NCBI RefSeq assembly: GCF_017743935.1
Contig: NZ_JAGHRE010000001.1
Span: 167,683-231,682 of the forward strand
Reading direction: 5' to 3'
DNA: 64,000 nucleotides
DNA from: Tropicibacter sp. R16_0
GTDB lineage: Bacteria > Pseudomonadota > Alphaproteobacteria > Rhodobacterales > Rhodobacteraceae
Shown: piece after piece, positions 41,181 to 50,185 of the stretch
Layout: each line of letters begins with the position of its first letter
Numbering within the stretch: the first letter of the stretch is position 1
Notes under the pieces: model-generated
Told to the model about the DNA's origin: nothing
The model's database searches: none
Seen by the model: only the letters and a program-made list of their open reading frames with translations
Position numbers and translations under genes: made by a program

Positions 41181-42332
41181 TCACAAGATCACGTCCGCCA
41201 CAGCCTTGGGGTGTTCGGTAATCTGCTCATATCCGTCTTCGGTGATGATGAAACTGTCGCCCACCTGCGCCCGGAATGTTTCGGTCGTGACCGATCCATC
41301 GACGGCGAACACCATGCCGGGCTGCAACACGGTGGTATCGCCTGTCACCAGTTGCGGATGCTCGAGATAGCTGAAGCCCGTGGCCCGCCCGCAGCGGAAC
41401 GGATACTCAAATCCCGCGCCCTGGATCACGTTGGCATATTCCGCATGCACGCTTTCAGCGGTCACTCCGGGTCGCAAGGCCCGCAGGGCTGCTGCCTGGC
41501 TCTCGACCGCAATCTCATAGATGCGTTCCTGCGTCGGGTCGCCGATCTCTCCGATCCAGAAGGTGCGATCGAACCCCAGCTTGAAGCGGTGGAAGTTGGT
41601 CATGCCGCAGAAGCATAGGAACACAGGCTCGCCCTGCCGCATGATCCGGGTCGAGGCGCGGTGATGGGTCTTTGTGATTTCACGCCCTGAGGCCATGATC
41701 TGTAGAAAATGGGTGTTGGGTGACATGTCGGTGTCATCGTAATGCGCGCTGAGCAGCTCGGCCGCTTTGCGGGTTCCGGCTTGGGATGTGGCAATCGCCA
41801 CCTCGAACTCGGGCACCCCGTCGCCAATGGCGGCACGTCCCGCTGCCATCATCGCGCCCGCCACCTGCCCTGCGTGACGGGCCAGTTGCAGCTCTTGCGC
41901 GGATTTGATCATGCGCATATCGGCCAGAAGCGGAGAGACCGAGCGGATCCGCTCGGTCGACACCAGATCGTCGACATAGGAGCGCACCAGGGGTGGCATG
42001 TGATCGGGCTCGATCCCAATGGTTGCTGCCTTGGCCACGGCACCGGGGAGCTCAGCCCTCCACTCCTCCCCAATACCGTCGTTCCAGGCCGCAATCCGAT
42101 CCACATGGGCCGCAGCCAAGGCGGTGTTGAGGTCGATGGTCGGCGTGATCAAAAGGCTGTCGCCATCGCGAGGGACGACCAGAATGGTGGGGCGTCCAAA
42201 CTCCATGTGCAGGTAGTCGTAGTAGCCAGTCAGGTAATAGACAGTGTCGTCATCTGTGATGAGGCCCACGTCGATCCCGGCATCAGTCAGTTTTTGACGA
42301 AACCGGGTCATCCGCTCGGCAAACTGGCTCAT
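41181..42332 (-). CDS. M24-family metallopeptidase (creatinase/Xaa-Pro aminopeptidase/ectoine-hydrolase-like)
   Basis: 383 aa. Creatinase-N-like N-terminus and C-terminal pita-bread fold with metal-ligand pattern (HRASTRIM..., GMVFAVD). Confidence 0.75.
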   Translation of the reverse strand: MSQFAERMTRFRQKLTDAGIDVGLITDDDTVYYLTGYYDYLHMEFGRPTILVVPRDGDSLLITPTIDLNTALAAAHVDRIAAWNDGIGEEWRAELPGAVAKAATIGIEPDHMPPLVRSYVDDLVSTERIRSVSPLLADMRMIKSAQELQLARHAGQVAGAMMAAGRAAIGDGVPEFEVAIATSQAGTRKAAELLSAHYDDTDMSPNTHFLQIMASGREITKTHHRASTRIMRQGEPVFLCFCGMTNFHRFKLGFDRTFWIGEIGDPTQERIYEIAVESQAAALRALRPGVTAESVHAEYANVIQGAGFEYPFRCGRATGFSYLEHPQLVTGDTTVLQPGMVFAVDGSVTTETFRAQVGDSFIITEDGYEQITEHPKAVADVIL

Positions 42333-42445
42333 GTCTCTCCTCCTGTTCTGGCCATGGTGAGGGCCAGATTACGAAGAAAGACGCGTGACGATTGCCTGTT
42401 TGCGACCTTGCGAAACACCGATCTTGTGCGCCAGATCCCGGGAGG

Positions 42446-42535
42446 CTCCCGCCCGTCGTCAATTTTTCTGAAGAAAAACCTCCTCCCGTTGGGCCGGGCG
42501 CCGCGCGGGTGCGCGGCGCTGCACCGCGGGGCGCC
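42446..42535. repeat. modular intergenic element copy B (same two boxes as copy A; different hairpins)
   Basis: Box1 at 42446-42463, TTTTTCTGAAGAAAAA hairpin, box2 at 42480-42495, then a GC-rich imperfect palindrome GCGCCGCGCGG-GTG-CGCGGCGC. Confidence 0.5.
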
Positions 42536-42635
42536 GACGCTGCGATTTGATCTCTGGGGTTTAAGACTGCTGCCAGCCACGCCGACCCAAGGAAACGGTA
42601 CGGGCCCTGATACGGGCCAGTCCCCCGTCTTCAGA

Positions 42636-43799
42636 TCAGGCCCAACGCCCGCCGAACCCTTCGGGCACCAGCAGATTGTCGCGGTTCAACCCGTCAATCG
42701 AGCGCTCTCCACACAGCGCCATTGTGGTGTCCAGCTCCTTGTGGATGACCTCCAGAGCCGAGGTGACCCCAGCCTGTCCCATGGCCCCCAGACCATAGAC
42801 AAAGGCGCGCCCGATATAGGTGCCCTTGGCCCCCATCGCCATCGCCTTGAGCACGTCCTGGCCCGAGCGGATGCCGCTATCGAGGTGTACTTCGACCTGA
42901 TCACCAACAGCATCCAGGATCTCGGGCAGCATGCGGATCGAGCTCAGCGCGCCATCAAGTTGCCGCCCGCCGTGGTTCGACACCACGATGGCATCGGCCC
43001 CCAGTTTGGTCGCCATCTTGGCGTCCTCGGCATCAAGAATGCCCTTGAGGATGACCTTGCCGCCCCATTCGTTCATCAGCTTTTCGATCTTGCCCCAGTC
43101 GAGGCTCGGGTCGAATTGTTCTGCGGTCCACGCCCCCAGCGACGAGGCGTCCGAGATCCCCTCGACATGGCCCACGATGTTGCCGAACTCACGCCGATGG
43201 GCGCGAGCCATACCGGCCAGCCAGCCCCATTTCGTAGCCAGATTGAGCAGGGTAGAGGGCGTCAGCTTTGGCGGAGCGGACAGCCCGTTCTTCAGATCCT
43301 TGTGCCGCTGGCCCAGGATCTGCAGATCCAGGGTGATCACCAGAGCCGAGCATTTCGCGTCCTTGGCCCGCTGGATCAATCGGCTGACATAGTCAGTGTC
43401 TTTCATGGTGTAGAGCTGGAACCAGAACGGCTTCGTCGTGGCGCTTGCCACATCCTCGATCGAGTTGATCGACATGGTCGAGAGCGTGAAGGGCACACCG
43501 AAATCCTCGGCGGCCTTGGCTGCTTTCATCTCGCCGTCTGCATGTTGCATGCCAGTCAGACCAACAGGGGCGAGCGCCACGGGCATGGCGACATCTTCGC
43601 CGATCATCTGAGTCGCTGTGCTGCGCCCGGTCATGTCCACCGCCACGCGCTGACGCAGGCGGATCTGATCGAAATCGGATGTGTTCTCGCGGAACGTCTG
43701 CTCGGTCCAGCTGCCGCTTTCGGCATAGTCATAGAACATCCGCGGGACACGCCGGTGATACAGGCGCTTGAGGTCGTCGATGTTGGTAATGACGGGCAT
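42636..43799 (-). CDS. FMN-dependent alpha-hydroxy acid dehydrogenase (L-lactate dehydrogenase/glycolate oxidase family)
   Basis: 387 aa TIM barrel with family motifs (PFWFQLY, SNHGGRQLD, GIRSGQDVLKAMAMGA). Confidence 0.8.
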   Translation of the reverse strand: MPVITNIDDLKRLYHRRVPRMFYDYAESGSWTEQTFRENTSDFDQIRLRQRVAVDMTGRSTATQMIGEDVAMPVALAPVGLTGMQHADGEMKAAKAAEDFGVPFTLSTMSINSIEDVASATTKPFWFQLYTMKDTDYVSRLIQRAKDAKCSALVITLDLQILGQRHKDLKNGLSAPPKLTPSTLLNLATKWGWLAGMARAHRREFGNIVGHVEGISDASSLGAWTAEQFDPSLDWGKIEKLMNEWGGKVILKGILDAEDAKMATKLGADAIVVSNHGGRQLDGALSSIRMLPEILDAVGDQVEVHLDSGIRSGQDVLKAMAMGAKGTYIGRAFVYGLGAMGQAGVTSALEVIHKELDTTMALCGERSIDGLNRDNLLVPEGFGGRWA

Positions 43800-43944
43800 T
43801 GCAGACTCCGATCCAAAATTGGTTAGAAGTTTTTACCAATTCTTGTTTTGTTGCGCAAGTGGCCTAAATCTTTGGGTCCAGAACGCGACAAGGCGCCGGA
43901 GTGACCTCCCGCGCCTTGTGGAATACGTGCTTGAAAGCAGGGGG

Positions 43945-44736
43945 TTAGGCGGCGTGTGCGCCGTCGGACAGCGACTTCACGAAGTCCAGCACTTCGCCCA
44001 CCGGTTTGCCCGCGCCAATCTGGCTGACAATGGCCGACCCCACCACAGCACCATCCGCAACACTGGCGATGGCCTGCGATTTTGCGGGTGTGTTGATGCC
44101 AAAGCCCACGATGACCGGCAGGTCGGTGGCGGCTTTGATGCGCGCCACTTCGGGGCCAACGTCTGTGGCTTCGGCCTCGGCCGCGCCGGTGATGCCGGTG
44201 ATCGAGACATAGTAAACGAAACCGGATGTGTTTTGCAGAACGCGAGGCAGGCGCTTGTCGTCGGTGGTCGGCGTCGCCAGACGGATGAAGTTCAAACCGG
44301 CTTTCTGGGCCGGAATGCACAGTTCATCATCCTCTTCGGGCGGCAAATCCACCACGATCAGCCCGTCGATGCCCGCGGCCTTGGCCTGGCTCAGGAACGT
44401 CTCGACCCCACGGCTGTAGATCGGGTTGTAATACCCCATCAGCACGATTGGGGTAGTGTCGTCTTCCTTGCGGAACTCGGTCGCCAGCTCCAGCGTGCGG
44501 TCCAGCGTCATGCCAGCCTCGAGCGCGCGCTGACCGGCGAGCTGAATGGTCGGGCCATCGGCCATCGGATCGGTAAAGGGCAGGCCCAGCTCGATCACAT
44601 CCACGCCCGCACCCGGCAGGCCCTTGACCAGCTCCAACGAGGTGTCGAAATCGGGGTCGCCCGCCATGACATAAGACACGAACGCCTTTTTACCTTGGGC
44701 GTTCAACTCGGCGAATTTGGCGTCGATACGGGTCAT
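43945..44736 (-). CDS. trpA: tryptophan synthase alpha subunit
   Basis: ATG 44736 (AAGGACG RBS). [65 protein letters not shown] is the canonical TrpA N-terminus. ORF-track start 44832 is an extension. Confidence 0.9.
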   Translation of the reverse strand: MTRIDAKFAELNAQGKKAFVSYVMAGDPDFDTSLELVKGLPGAGVDVIELGLPFTDPMADGPTIQLAGQRALEAGMTLDRTLELATEFRKEDDTTPIVLMGYYNPIYSRGVETFLSQAKAAGIDGLIVVDLPPEEDDELCIPAQKAGLNFIRLATPTTDDKRLPRVLQNTSGFVYYVSITGITGAAEAEATDVGPEVARIKAATDLPVIVGFGINTPAKSQAIASVADGAVVGSAIVSQIGAGKPVGEVLDFVKSLSDGAHAA

Positions 44737-44828
44737 CGGGCGTCCTTGATACTGTGGGTTACGCCCGATGTGCAGAAACTTGGGCGGAAAATCAATCCCG
44801 CTTGGTGCGCTTGGGTCAGAATGGGGCG

Positions 44829-45317
44829 TCAAAACGCAACGTGATAGCGCAAAAGCACCGCGTTGACGCCCGGGTTGAAGCTTGACAACGACGCATTGGA
44901 TTTATGGGTGATCGCCAACGACAGCGCATCGCCCCGTTCGAACCGATAGCCCAGGCCCAACAGGCTGCGCACCTCGAATTTGCTGCCCAGATCGTTGTTG
45001 TTGTCGGCCTCGATGAACACGCCGGGCAAAACGCTGGCCTCGATGAACCAATGCTGGTTCAGCTTGTATTCCGCCGCGATCCCGACCCCCAGATGCACAT
45101 CTCCGTTGAAATGGACCGAGGCTGCACCCGCCAGGGCCGCGCTGAACCGTTCGCGCTCGTGAAAGGGCGTGTGTTGATACTCGAGAGAGACCAGCGCCTG
45201 ATCCGAGGATCCCGAGAATTCGAAATCCGCATACCCCAGGCCCAGGATCAGAGATTGCGCGTGCAAGGGGGCGGCCATCAACATGGTTAACGAGAGTGCG
45301 CCTGCGAGGTGTTTCAT
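44829..45317 (-). CDS. outer-membrane acyloxyacyl hydrolase, PagL-like (lipid A deacylase family)
   Basis: ATG 45317. Signal peptide [20 protein letters not shown]. Small beta-barrel-like sequence with H-K-S-N motif near the C-terminus resembling the PagL His/Ser pair. Confidence 0.5.
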   Translation of the reverse strand: MKHLAGALSLTMLMAAPLHAQSLILGLGYADFEFSGSSDQALVSLEYQHTPFHERERFSAALAGAASVHFNGDVHLGVGIAAEYKLNQHWFIEASVLPGVFIEADNNNDLGSKFEVRSLLGLGYRFERGDALSLAITHKSNASLSSFNPGVNAVLLRYHVAF

Positions 45318-45499
45318 GGTGGTCTTCCAGTGATCTTGTAGTACAAGTCCGAAGTGTTTACCGATCGGTACACTTGCAATGGTCCACCGTTCACAAAGCC
45401 GTTGCAGGATTGTGATCTGACTGCCGACAATCCGGGGCGGCTTGCCAATTTGGGCCTGCGCAAATAGAAGGCCCACTGGAATGACAGCAGGAGTCGGTC

Positions 45500-46597
45500 A
45501 TGGGCTTTAAAATGGGTATCGTGGGTCTGCCGAACGTGGGCAAATCGACCCTGTTCAACGCGCTGACCAAAACAGCAGCGGCACAGGCAGCGAACTTTCC
45601 GTTCTGCACCATCGAGCCCAATGTGGGTGAGGTCGGCGTGCCGGATGCGCGTCTGGACAAGCTGGCCGCAATTGCAAGCTCGAAACAGATCATCCCGACC
45701 CGCATGACATTTGTGGACATCGCAGGCCTCGTCAAAGGCGCCTCCAAGGGCGAAGGTCTGGGCAACCAGTTCTTGGCCAACATCCGCGAAACCGACGCCA
45801 TCGCCCATGTGCTGCGCTGCTTCGAAGACGGCGATGTGACCCATGTGGACGGCCGTGTTGATCCGGTGGCCGACGCCGAAACCATCGAGACCGAGCTGAT
45901 GCTGGCCGACCTGGAAAGCATCGAAAAACGCCGCGCCAATCTGGTGCGCAAGCTCAAGGGCAACGACAAAGAGGCACAGCAACAAGACCGTCTGCTGGCC
46001 GCCGCCCAAGCGATGCTCGAAGATGGCAAACCGGCCCGTCTGGTCGAGGTTGACGCCGAAGACGCCAAAGCCTGGAAGATGCTGCAACTGCTCAGCACCA
46101 AGCCGGTGCTTTATGTTTGCAACGTGGGCGAATCCGAAGCTGCCGAAGGCAACGAACACTCCGCCAAAGTGGCCGAAATGGCGGCTGCCCAAGGCAACAG
46201 CCACGTCATCATCTCGGCCCAGATCGAAGAAGAGATCAGCCAGTTGGAAGACGAAGAGGCCGAGATGTTCCTGTCCGAAATGGGCCTCGAAGAGGCTGGT
46301 CTGGATCGTCTGATCAAGGCAGGCTACGAACTCCTGCACCTGGAAACATACTTTACCGTCGGCCCGAAAGAGGCGCGCGCCTGGACCATCCGCCAAGGCA
46401 CCGCAGCCCCGCAGGCTGCAGGCGTCATTCATGGGGATTTCGAAAAGGGCTTCATCCGCGCTGAAACCATCGCCTATGACGACTACATCGCCTGTAACGG
46501 CGAAAGCGGCGCCAAGGAAGCGGGCAAGATGCGGGCCGAGGGCAAGGGCTACGTCGTCAAAGACGGCGATGTGATGCACTTCCTGTTCAACACCTGA
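45500..46597 (+). CDS. ychF: redox-regulated ribosome-binding ATPase YchF (Obg-family)
   Basis: [23 protein letters not shown]...[12 protein letters not shown] and C-terminal TGS domain. Confidence 0.9.
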   Translation: MGFKMGIVGLPNVGKSTLFNALTKTAAAQAANFPFCTIEPNVGEVGVPDARLDKLAAIASSKQIIPTRMTFVDIAGLVKGASKGEGLGNQFLANIRETDAIAHVLRCFEDGDVTHVDGRVDPVADAETIETELMLADLESIEKRRANLVRKLKGNDKEAQQQDRLLAAAQAMLEDGKPARLVEVDAEDAKAWKMLQLLSTKPVLYVCNVGESEAAEGNEHSAKVAEMAAAQGNSHVIISAQIEEEISQLEDEEAEMFLSEMGLEEAGLDRLIKAGYELLHLETYFTVGPKEARAWTIRQGTAAPQAAGVIHGDFEKGFIRAETIAYDDYIACNGESGAKEAGKMRAEGKGYVVKDGDVMHFLFNT

Positions 46598-46633
46598 TAC
46601 GACTGTCCCCGGATCCGAACAGGGCGAGGGGAC

Positions 46634-47410
46634 ATGACCATCGACAGCTACATCATCTGTACCAACCCCCGGTCAGGCAGCACCTTGCTCTGTGGCTTGC
46701 TGACGCAGACCGGTGTGGCCGGACGTCCGGATTCCTTCTTTCGCGGTCCGTCGCGGCAATGGTGGGCCGATCACTTGCAGGTGCCCCAGGCGGTTGATCT
46801 GACAGACCCCGCCTTTTGCGGGTCCTTTCTGTCTGCGGCTCTGGCCGAGGGGAAAGGCGGTGGCGATCTCTTTGGTTGTCGCCTCATGCACGAAAGCCTG
46901 CCTGACCTGATGGCGATGACGGCCTGCCTGCATCCCGATGCAAAGGATGACCTTGCTTGGATCAAAGCGGTCTTTGGGCGCACTGCCTTTGTCCATCTGA
47001 TCCGTGAGGATAAGGTGGATCAGGCAATCTCATATGTGCGGGCGGAACAGACGGGCACGTGGCATGTCGCACCCAATGGCGAAGCAGTCGAGCAAAAAGG
47101 CCCACCACAACCGCCGCGCTATGACTTTGCCCGCATCCATCAAAAGGTGGTGGAGTTCGAAGCCCATGACGCGGCTTGGGCCCGGTGGTTCGAGCAGACC
47201 GGCGTGCACCCGCTCAAGGTTCGATATTCGGACCTTGCCGAAAACCCCAAGCACGAGTTGCACCGCATCCTGTCTCACCTCAACCAGCCGACCAAAGCCG
47301 CAGAGCGCGCGACCCCGGGTGTGCGCAAACTGGCCGATGGGTTGAACGAAAAATGGGCCGCGCGGTACCGGGGGGACCGGGAACAGCACGCGACCCATTC
47401 TCTATCCTAG
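46634..47410 (+). CDS. Stf0-like P-loop sulfotransferase
   Basis: N-terminal PAPS-binding 5'-PSB-like motif YIICTNPRSGSTLLCGLL and ~260 aa length, as in the Stf0 family. Confidence 0.55.
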   Translation: MTIDSYIICTNPRSGSTLLCGLLTQTGVAGRPDSFFRGPSRQWWADHLQVPQAVDLTDPAFCGSFLSAALAEGKGGGDLFGCRLMHESLPDLMAMTACLHPDAKDDLAWIKAVFGRTAFVHLIREDKVDQAISYVRAEQTGTWHVAPNGEAVEQKGPPQPPRYDFARIHQKVVEFEAHDAAWARWFEQTGVHPLKVRYSDLAENPKHELHRILSHLNQPTKAAERATPGVRKLADGLNEKWAARYRGDREQHATHSLS

Positions 47411-47423
47411 GCGAGGCTGGTCC

Positions 47424-47660
47424 TCAGCGTCGCCCGGATTCGAAATTCCGCTCAACAGGTCCGCCATATTCAATGCGCACCAGTTTCGAATAGGACCGGC
47501 CCGCTTGCGTCTCCGGGGCATGCGGCCAGTTCGACCAGCGCGGATCATTGTCCGGTACGCTCTTGTGCGCCTTTGTGTTCGTCTGCGCATCGCCCTTTGC
47601 CACGGCAATTGTGGGCAACGTCAGGGCGGCAATCGCCAGGATGGTTGTCAGTCGTGTCAT
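47424..47660 (-). CDS. small secreted hypothetical protein (~78 aa)
   Basis: ATG 47660 with strong GGAGGT RBS. Signal peptide MTRLTTILAIAALTLPTIAVA. ORF-track start 47774 is an extension. Confidence 0.45.
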   Translation of the reverse strand: MTRLTTILAIAALTLPTIAVAKGDAQTNTKAHKSVPDNDPRWSNWPHAPETQAGRSYSKLVRIEYGGPVERNFESGRR

Positions 47661-47839
47661 TGTTTGAACCTCCGATACGGGCCTTAAGGCCGGATTAGTG
47701 CTGTTGGTCTTGATGAACGTCTGTGTCTTGAACCTGCGCCTGTGGGGGGCTTTCGGCAAATCAACGGCATTCACTGCTGCGTGAGGCGTGGGATTTGACT
47801 CAGGTCAAATACGCGGCTGCGGTGTTGTGACATCAAATT

Positions 47840-47860
47840 TAGTGAACGATAACTAAATTT
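47840..47860. promoter_or_regulatory. second copy of motif TAGTGAACGATAACTAAATTT ~12 nt upstream of the LLM monooxygenase start
   Basis: 14/14 identity of the core plus AT-rich flanks. Overlaps the expected -10/RBS region. Confidence 0.45.
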
Positions 47861-47871
47861 GGAGTGACGCA

Positions 47872-49008
47872 ATGAAAGTCCATGTGCTGGTACAGCCGTA
47901 TATGCGCAGCAAGGGAGAGGATGTGGTTCTGCCGGGGTCGGACCCGGATCGTTATGCGACCCTGCTGGACCGCACCACCGAGCAGATGAAATTCGCCGAC
48001 GAAAACGGCTATGCCGGCTTTTGCATGACCGAGCATCACTTTCAGGTCGAAGGGATCGAAACCACGACCAACCCGCTCTTGTGGAACATGCACATCGCCG
48101 CCAACACCAAGAACCTGATGGTGGGGCAGGTGGGCATGGCGCTCACCGCGCATCACCCCATGCGCCTGGCCGAAGACATGGCGATGATCGACCATATGTC
48201 CGGCGGGCGGTTTTTCTGCGGTTTTGTGCGCGGCAACACGCCCCGCTGGCTGAACACCCTGGCGCAGCACCTGGACATCACCACCACGCAATCCGACCGC
48301 TCGAAAGAAGACGCCCGCAACCGCCGCTTGATGGAGGAAAGCTGGGCCGTGGTCAAAAAGGCCTGGAAAAACGAGACATTTACGCACCACGGCGAGTTCT
48401 GGAACATCCCGGCCGACAACATCACCTGGCCTTTCCCGCCAACTGCCGCATACGGCGGTAAGGGCGCGGTTGATGACAACGGAACCCTGCGCAAGATGGG
48501 CATCGTCCCACGCCCGCGCAAACGCACCGATGGGCGCGACTTCCCACCGCTCTACGTGCCGTTTTCGTGGTCGATGGAAACCGCCAAGTTCTGGGCCAAA
48601 GAGGGCGCCAAGCTGGTGTCCTTTGTCTCCAAGGACGAGTTCATGGACATGACCATGCCGATCTATCTGGAAGAGGCGCACCACCATGGCCACACCGACC
48701 TGACCGTCGGCAACACGCTGGTGCTTGGCGGCCACTTGACCATCGGCTCGACCGAGGCACAGGCCGAGCAGCACTATCGCGACTTTGAGGAACTGTTCAA
48801 CTTCGCCTACAACGCGCCGCCCTATCACGTGCCCATGGGCCGTGTGTGGAAGGGAACCGTCAATCAGGTGATCGACCAGGTGGGTGCATTGAAAGAGAAA
48901 TACGGGACCGAGGAGTTCGTGGTCTGGCACCACGTTGGCTATTTCGAGCAGGAAGAAGAGCTTGAGATGCTCGAGAACTATTCGAAGGTCATCAAAGCCT
49001 TTTCCTAA
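47872..49008 (+). CDS. LLM-class (luciferase-like) flavin-dependent monooxygenase
   Basis: 378 aa TIM barrel with LLM features (MTEHHF..., GFVRGNT). GGAGTG RBS. Confidence 0.8.
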   Translation: MKVHVLVQPYMRSKGEDVVLPGSDPDRYATLLDRTTEQMKFADENGYAGFCMTEHHFQVEGIETTTNPLLWNMHIAANTKNLMVGQVGMALTAHHPMRLAEDMAMIDHMSGGRFFCGFVRGNTPRWLNTLAQHLDITTTQSDRSKEDARNRRLMEESWAVVKKAWKNETFTHHGEFWNIPADNITWPFPPTAAYGGKGAVDDNGTLRKMGIVPRPRKRTDGRDFPPLYVPFSWSMETAKFWAKEGAKLVSFVSKDEFMDMTMPIYLEEAHHHGHTDLTVGNTLVLGGHLTIGSTEAQAEQHYRDFEELFNFAYNAPPYHVPMGRVWKGTVNQVIDQVGALKEKYGTEEFVVWHHVGYFEQEEELEMLENYSKVIKAFS

Positions 49009-49030
49009 ACCCAATCCGGCGGCAAACCTG

Positions 49031-49066
49031 CACCTGCGCACATCCTACGTGCGCAGGTGTTTTTCA
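49031..49066 (+). terminator. rho-independent terminator after the LLM gene
   Basis: CACCTGCGCAC-ATCCTAC-GTGCGCAGGTG followed by TTTTTC. Confidence 0.7.
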
Positions 49067-49143
49067 TGTTTTCCTTGCGCAAGTTATAAATATGACTAAA
49101 TCACTCAGGTAATAATCATTGCGGCGGACGCAGGAGTAAGAGA

Positions 49144-49935
49144 ATGGCGCAAGCAGAAGGACGTAATCTGAAGGTTCATGAGGCATGGAACCTGACCCCG
49201 AACATGCGCCGCATCGTTCTGGGCGGTGATGAGCTGCAGGGTTTTCCGGCAGGCAGCGAAAGCGGCTACATCAAGCTGATCTTCCCAAACGCGCCACGCC
49301 CGCGACCCGACCGTCCGGCGATGCGAACCTTTACCGTGCGCGCCTTTGATGCCGTGCAGAACCGCCTGACCGTCGACTTTGCCCTGCACGATGACACCGA
49401 AGGGACCGCAAGCGGACCTGCTGCGGTCTGGGCCCGAGACGCCAAACCGGGCGATGACATCCTGATCGCGGGTCCAGGCAAGATCAAATGGATCGACACC
49501 ACCTCCGACTGGCTGCTTCTGGCGGGCGACATGACCGCGCTGCCTGCGCTTTTGTGCAACCTCGAAGCGCTGCCCGCAGATGCCAAGGGCGAGGTGGTCA
49601 TGGAGCTCACCAGCCCCGAGGACGCGCCAGAGATCACTCTGCCGGACGGCATGACCTTGCACCTGATCATCAACCCGCACCCCGATGGCACCTCAACCGC
49701 CTTTGTCGATCACATCCGCTCGCTCACCTGGCGCGATGGCACCGTGTCGGTCTGGGCGGCGTGTGAGTTCAAATCCATGCAGCAGTTGCGAAGCTATTTC
49801 CGAAACGAACGCGGGGTGGATCGCACCAAGATCTACCTCTCCAGCTATTGGAAAGCAGGCGTGGCCGAGGATGAGCACAAGAAGATCAAGGGAGAGGATG
49901 CCGCCCGCCAGCAAGAGTTGGAAGCGGCAGGATAG
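49144..49935 (+). CDS. siderophore-interacting-protein (SIP/ViuB) family FAD-binding flavin reductase
   Basis: 263 aa. FAD_binding_9 N-terminal barrel (NMRRIVLGGDELQGFPAGSESGYIKLIF...MRTFTVRAFD) and SIP C-terminus. Confidence 0.7.
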   Translation: MAQAEGRNLKVHEAWNLTPNMRRIVLGGDELQGFPAGSESGYIKLIFPNAPRPRPDRPAMRTFTVRAFDAVQNRLTVDFALHDDTEGTASGPAAVWARDAKPGDDILIAGPGKIKWIDTTSDWLLLAGDMTALPALLCNLEALPADAKGEVVMELTSPEDAPEITLPDGMTLHLIINPHPDGTSTAFVDHIRSLTWRDGTVSVWAACEFKSMQQLRSYFRNERGVDRTKIYLSSYWKAGVAEDEHKKIKGEDAARQQELEAAG

Positions 49936-49996
49936 AACAACTACCTGACAGTGTCGGCCACTCCATCAGCGGCAAAGAACAAGTCGGCACCGCCGA

Positions 49997-50083
49997 CCAG
50001 CCCCCGACCCTCCCGTTTTGCCGGAGGCAAACCTTTGGTTTGACGGGGAGGGGGCTTCACCCCCACCAAGGGTCGGGGGCTGG
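49997..50083. repeat. compound palindromic REP-like element in a convergent spacer
   Basis: Outer 14-bp perfect inverted repeat CCAGCCCCCGACCC...GGGTCGGGGGCTGG encloses hairpins CAAACC-TTT-GGTTTG and GGGGG-CTTCA-CCCCC. Shares CCTCCCGTT with copies A/B. Confidence 0.4.
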
Positions 50084-50185
50084 TCTCTGTTGTTTGCATA
50101 TGCGTTGCAGGCTCCTGCAGATACCGAAAAACAAAAGCGCCGCCCCGAAGATACTGGGCGGCGATGACACGTTTGCTTGTGCGAA

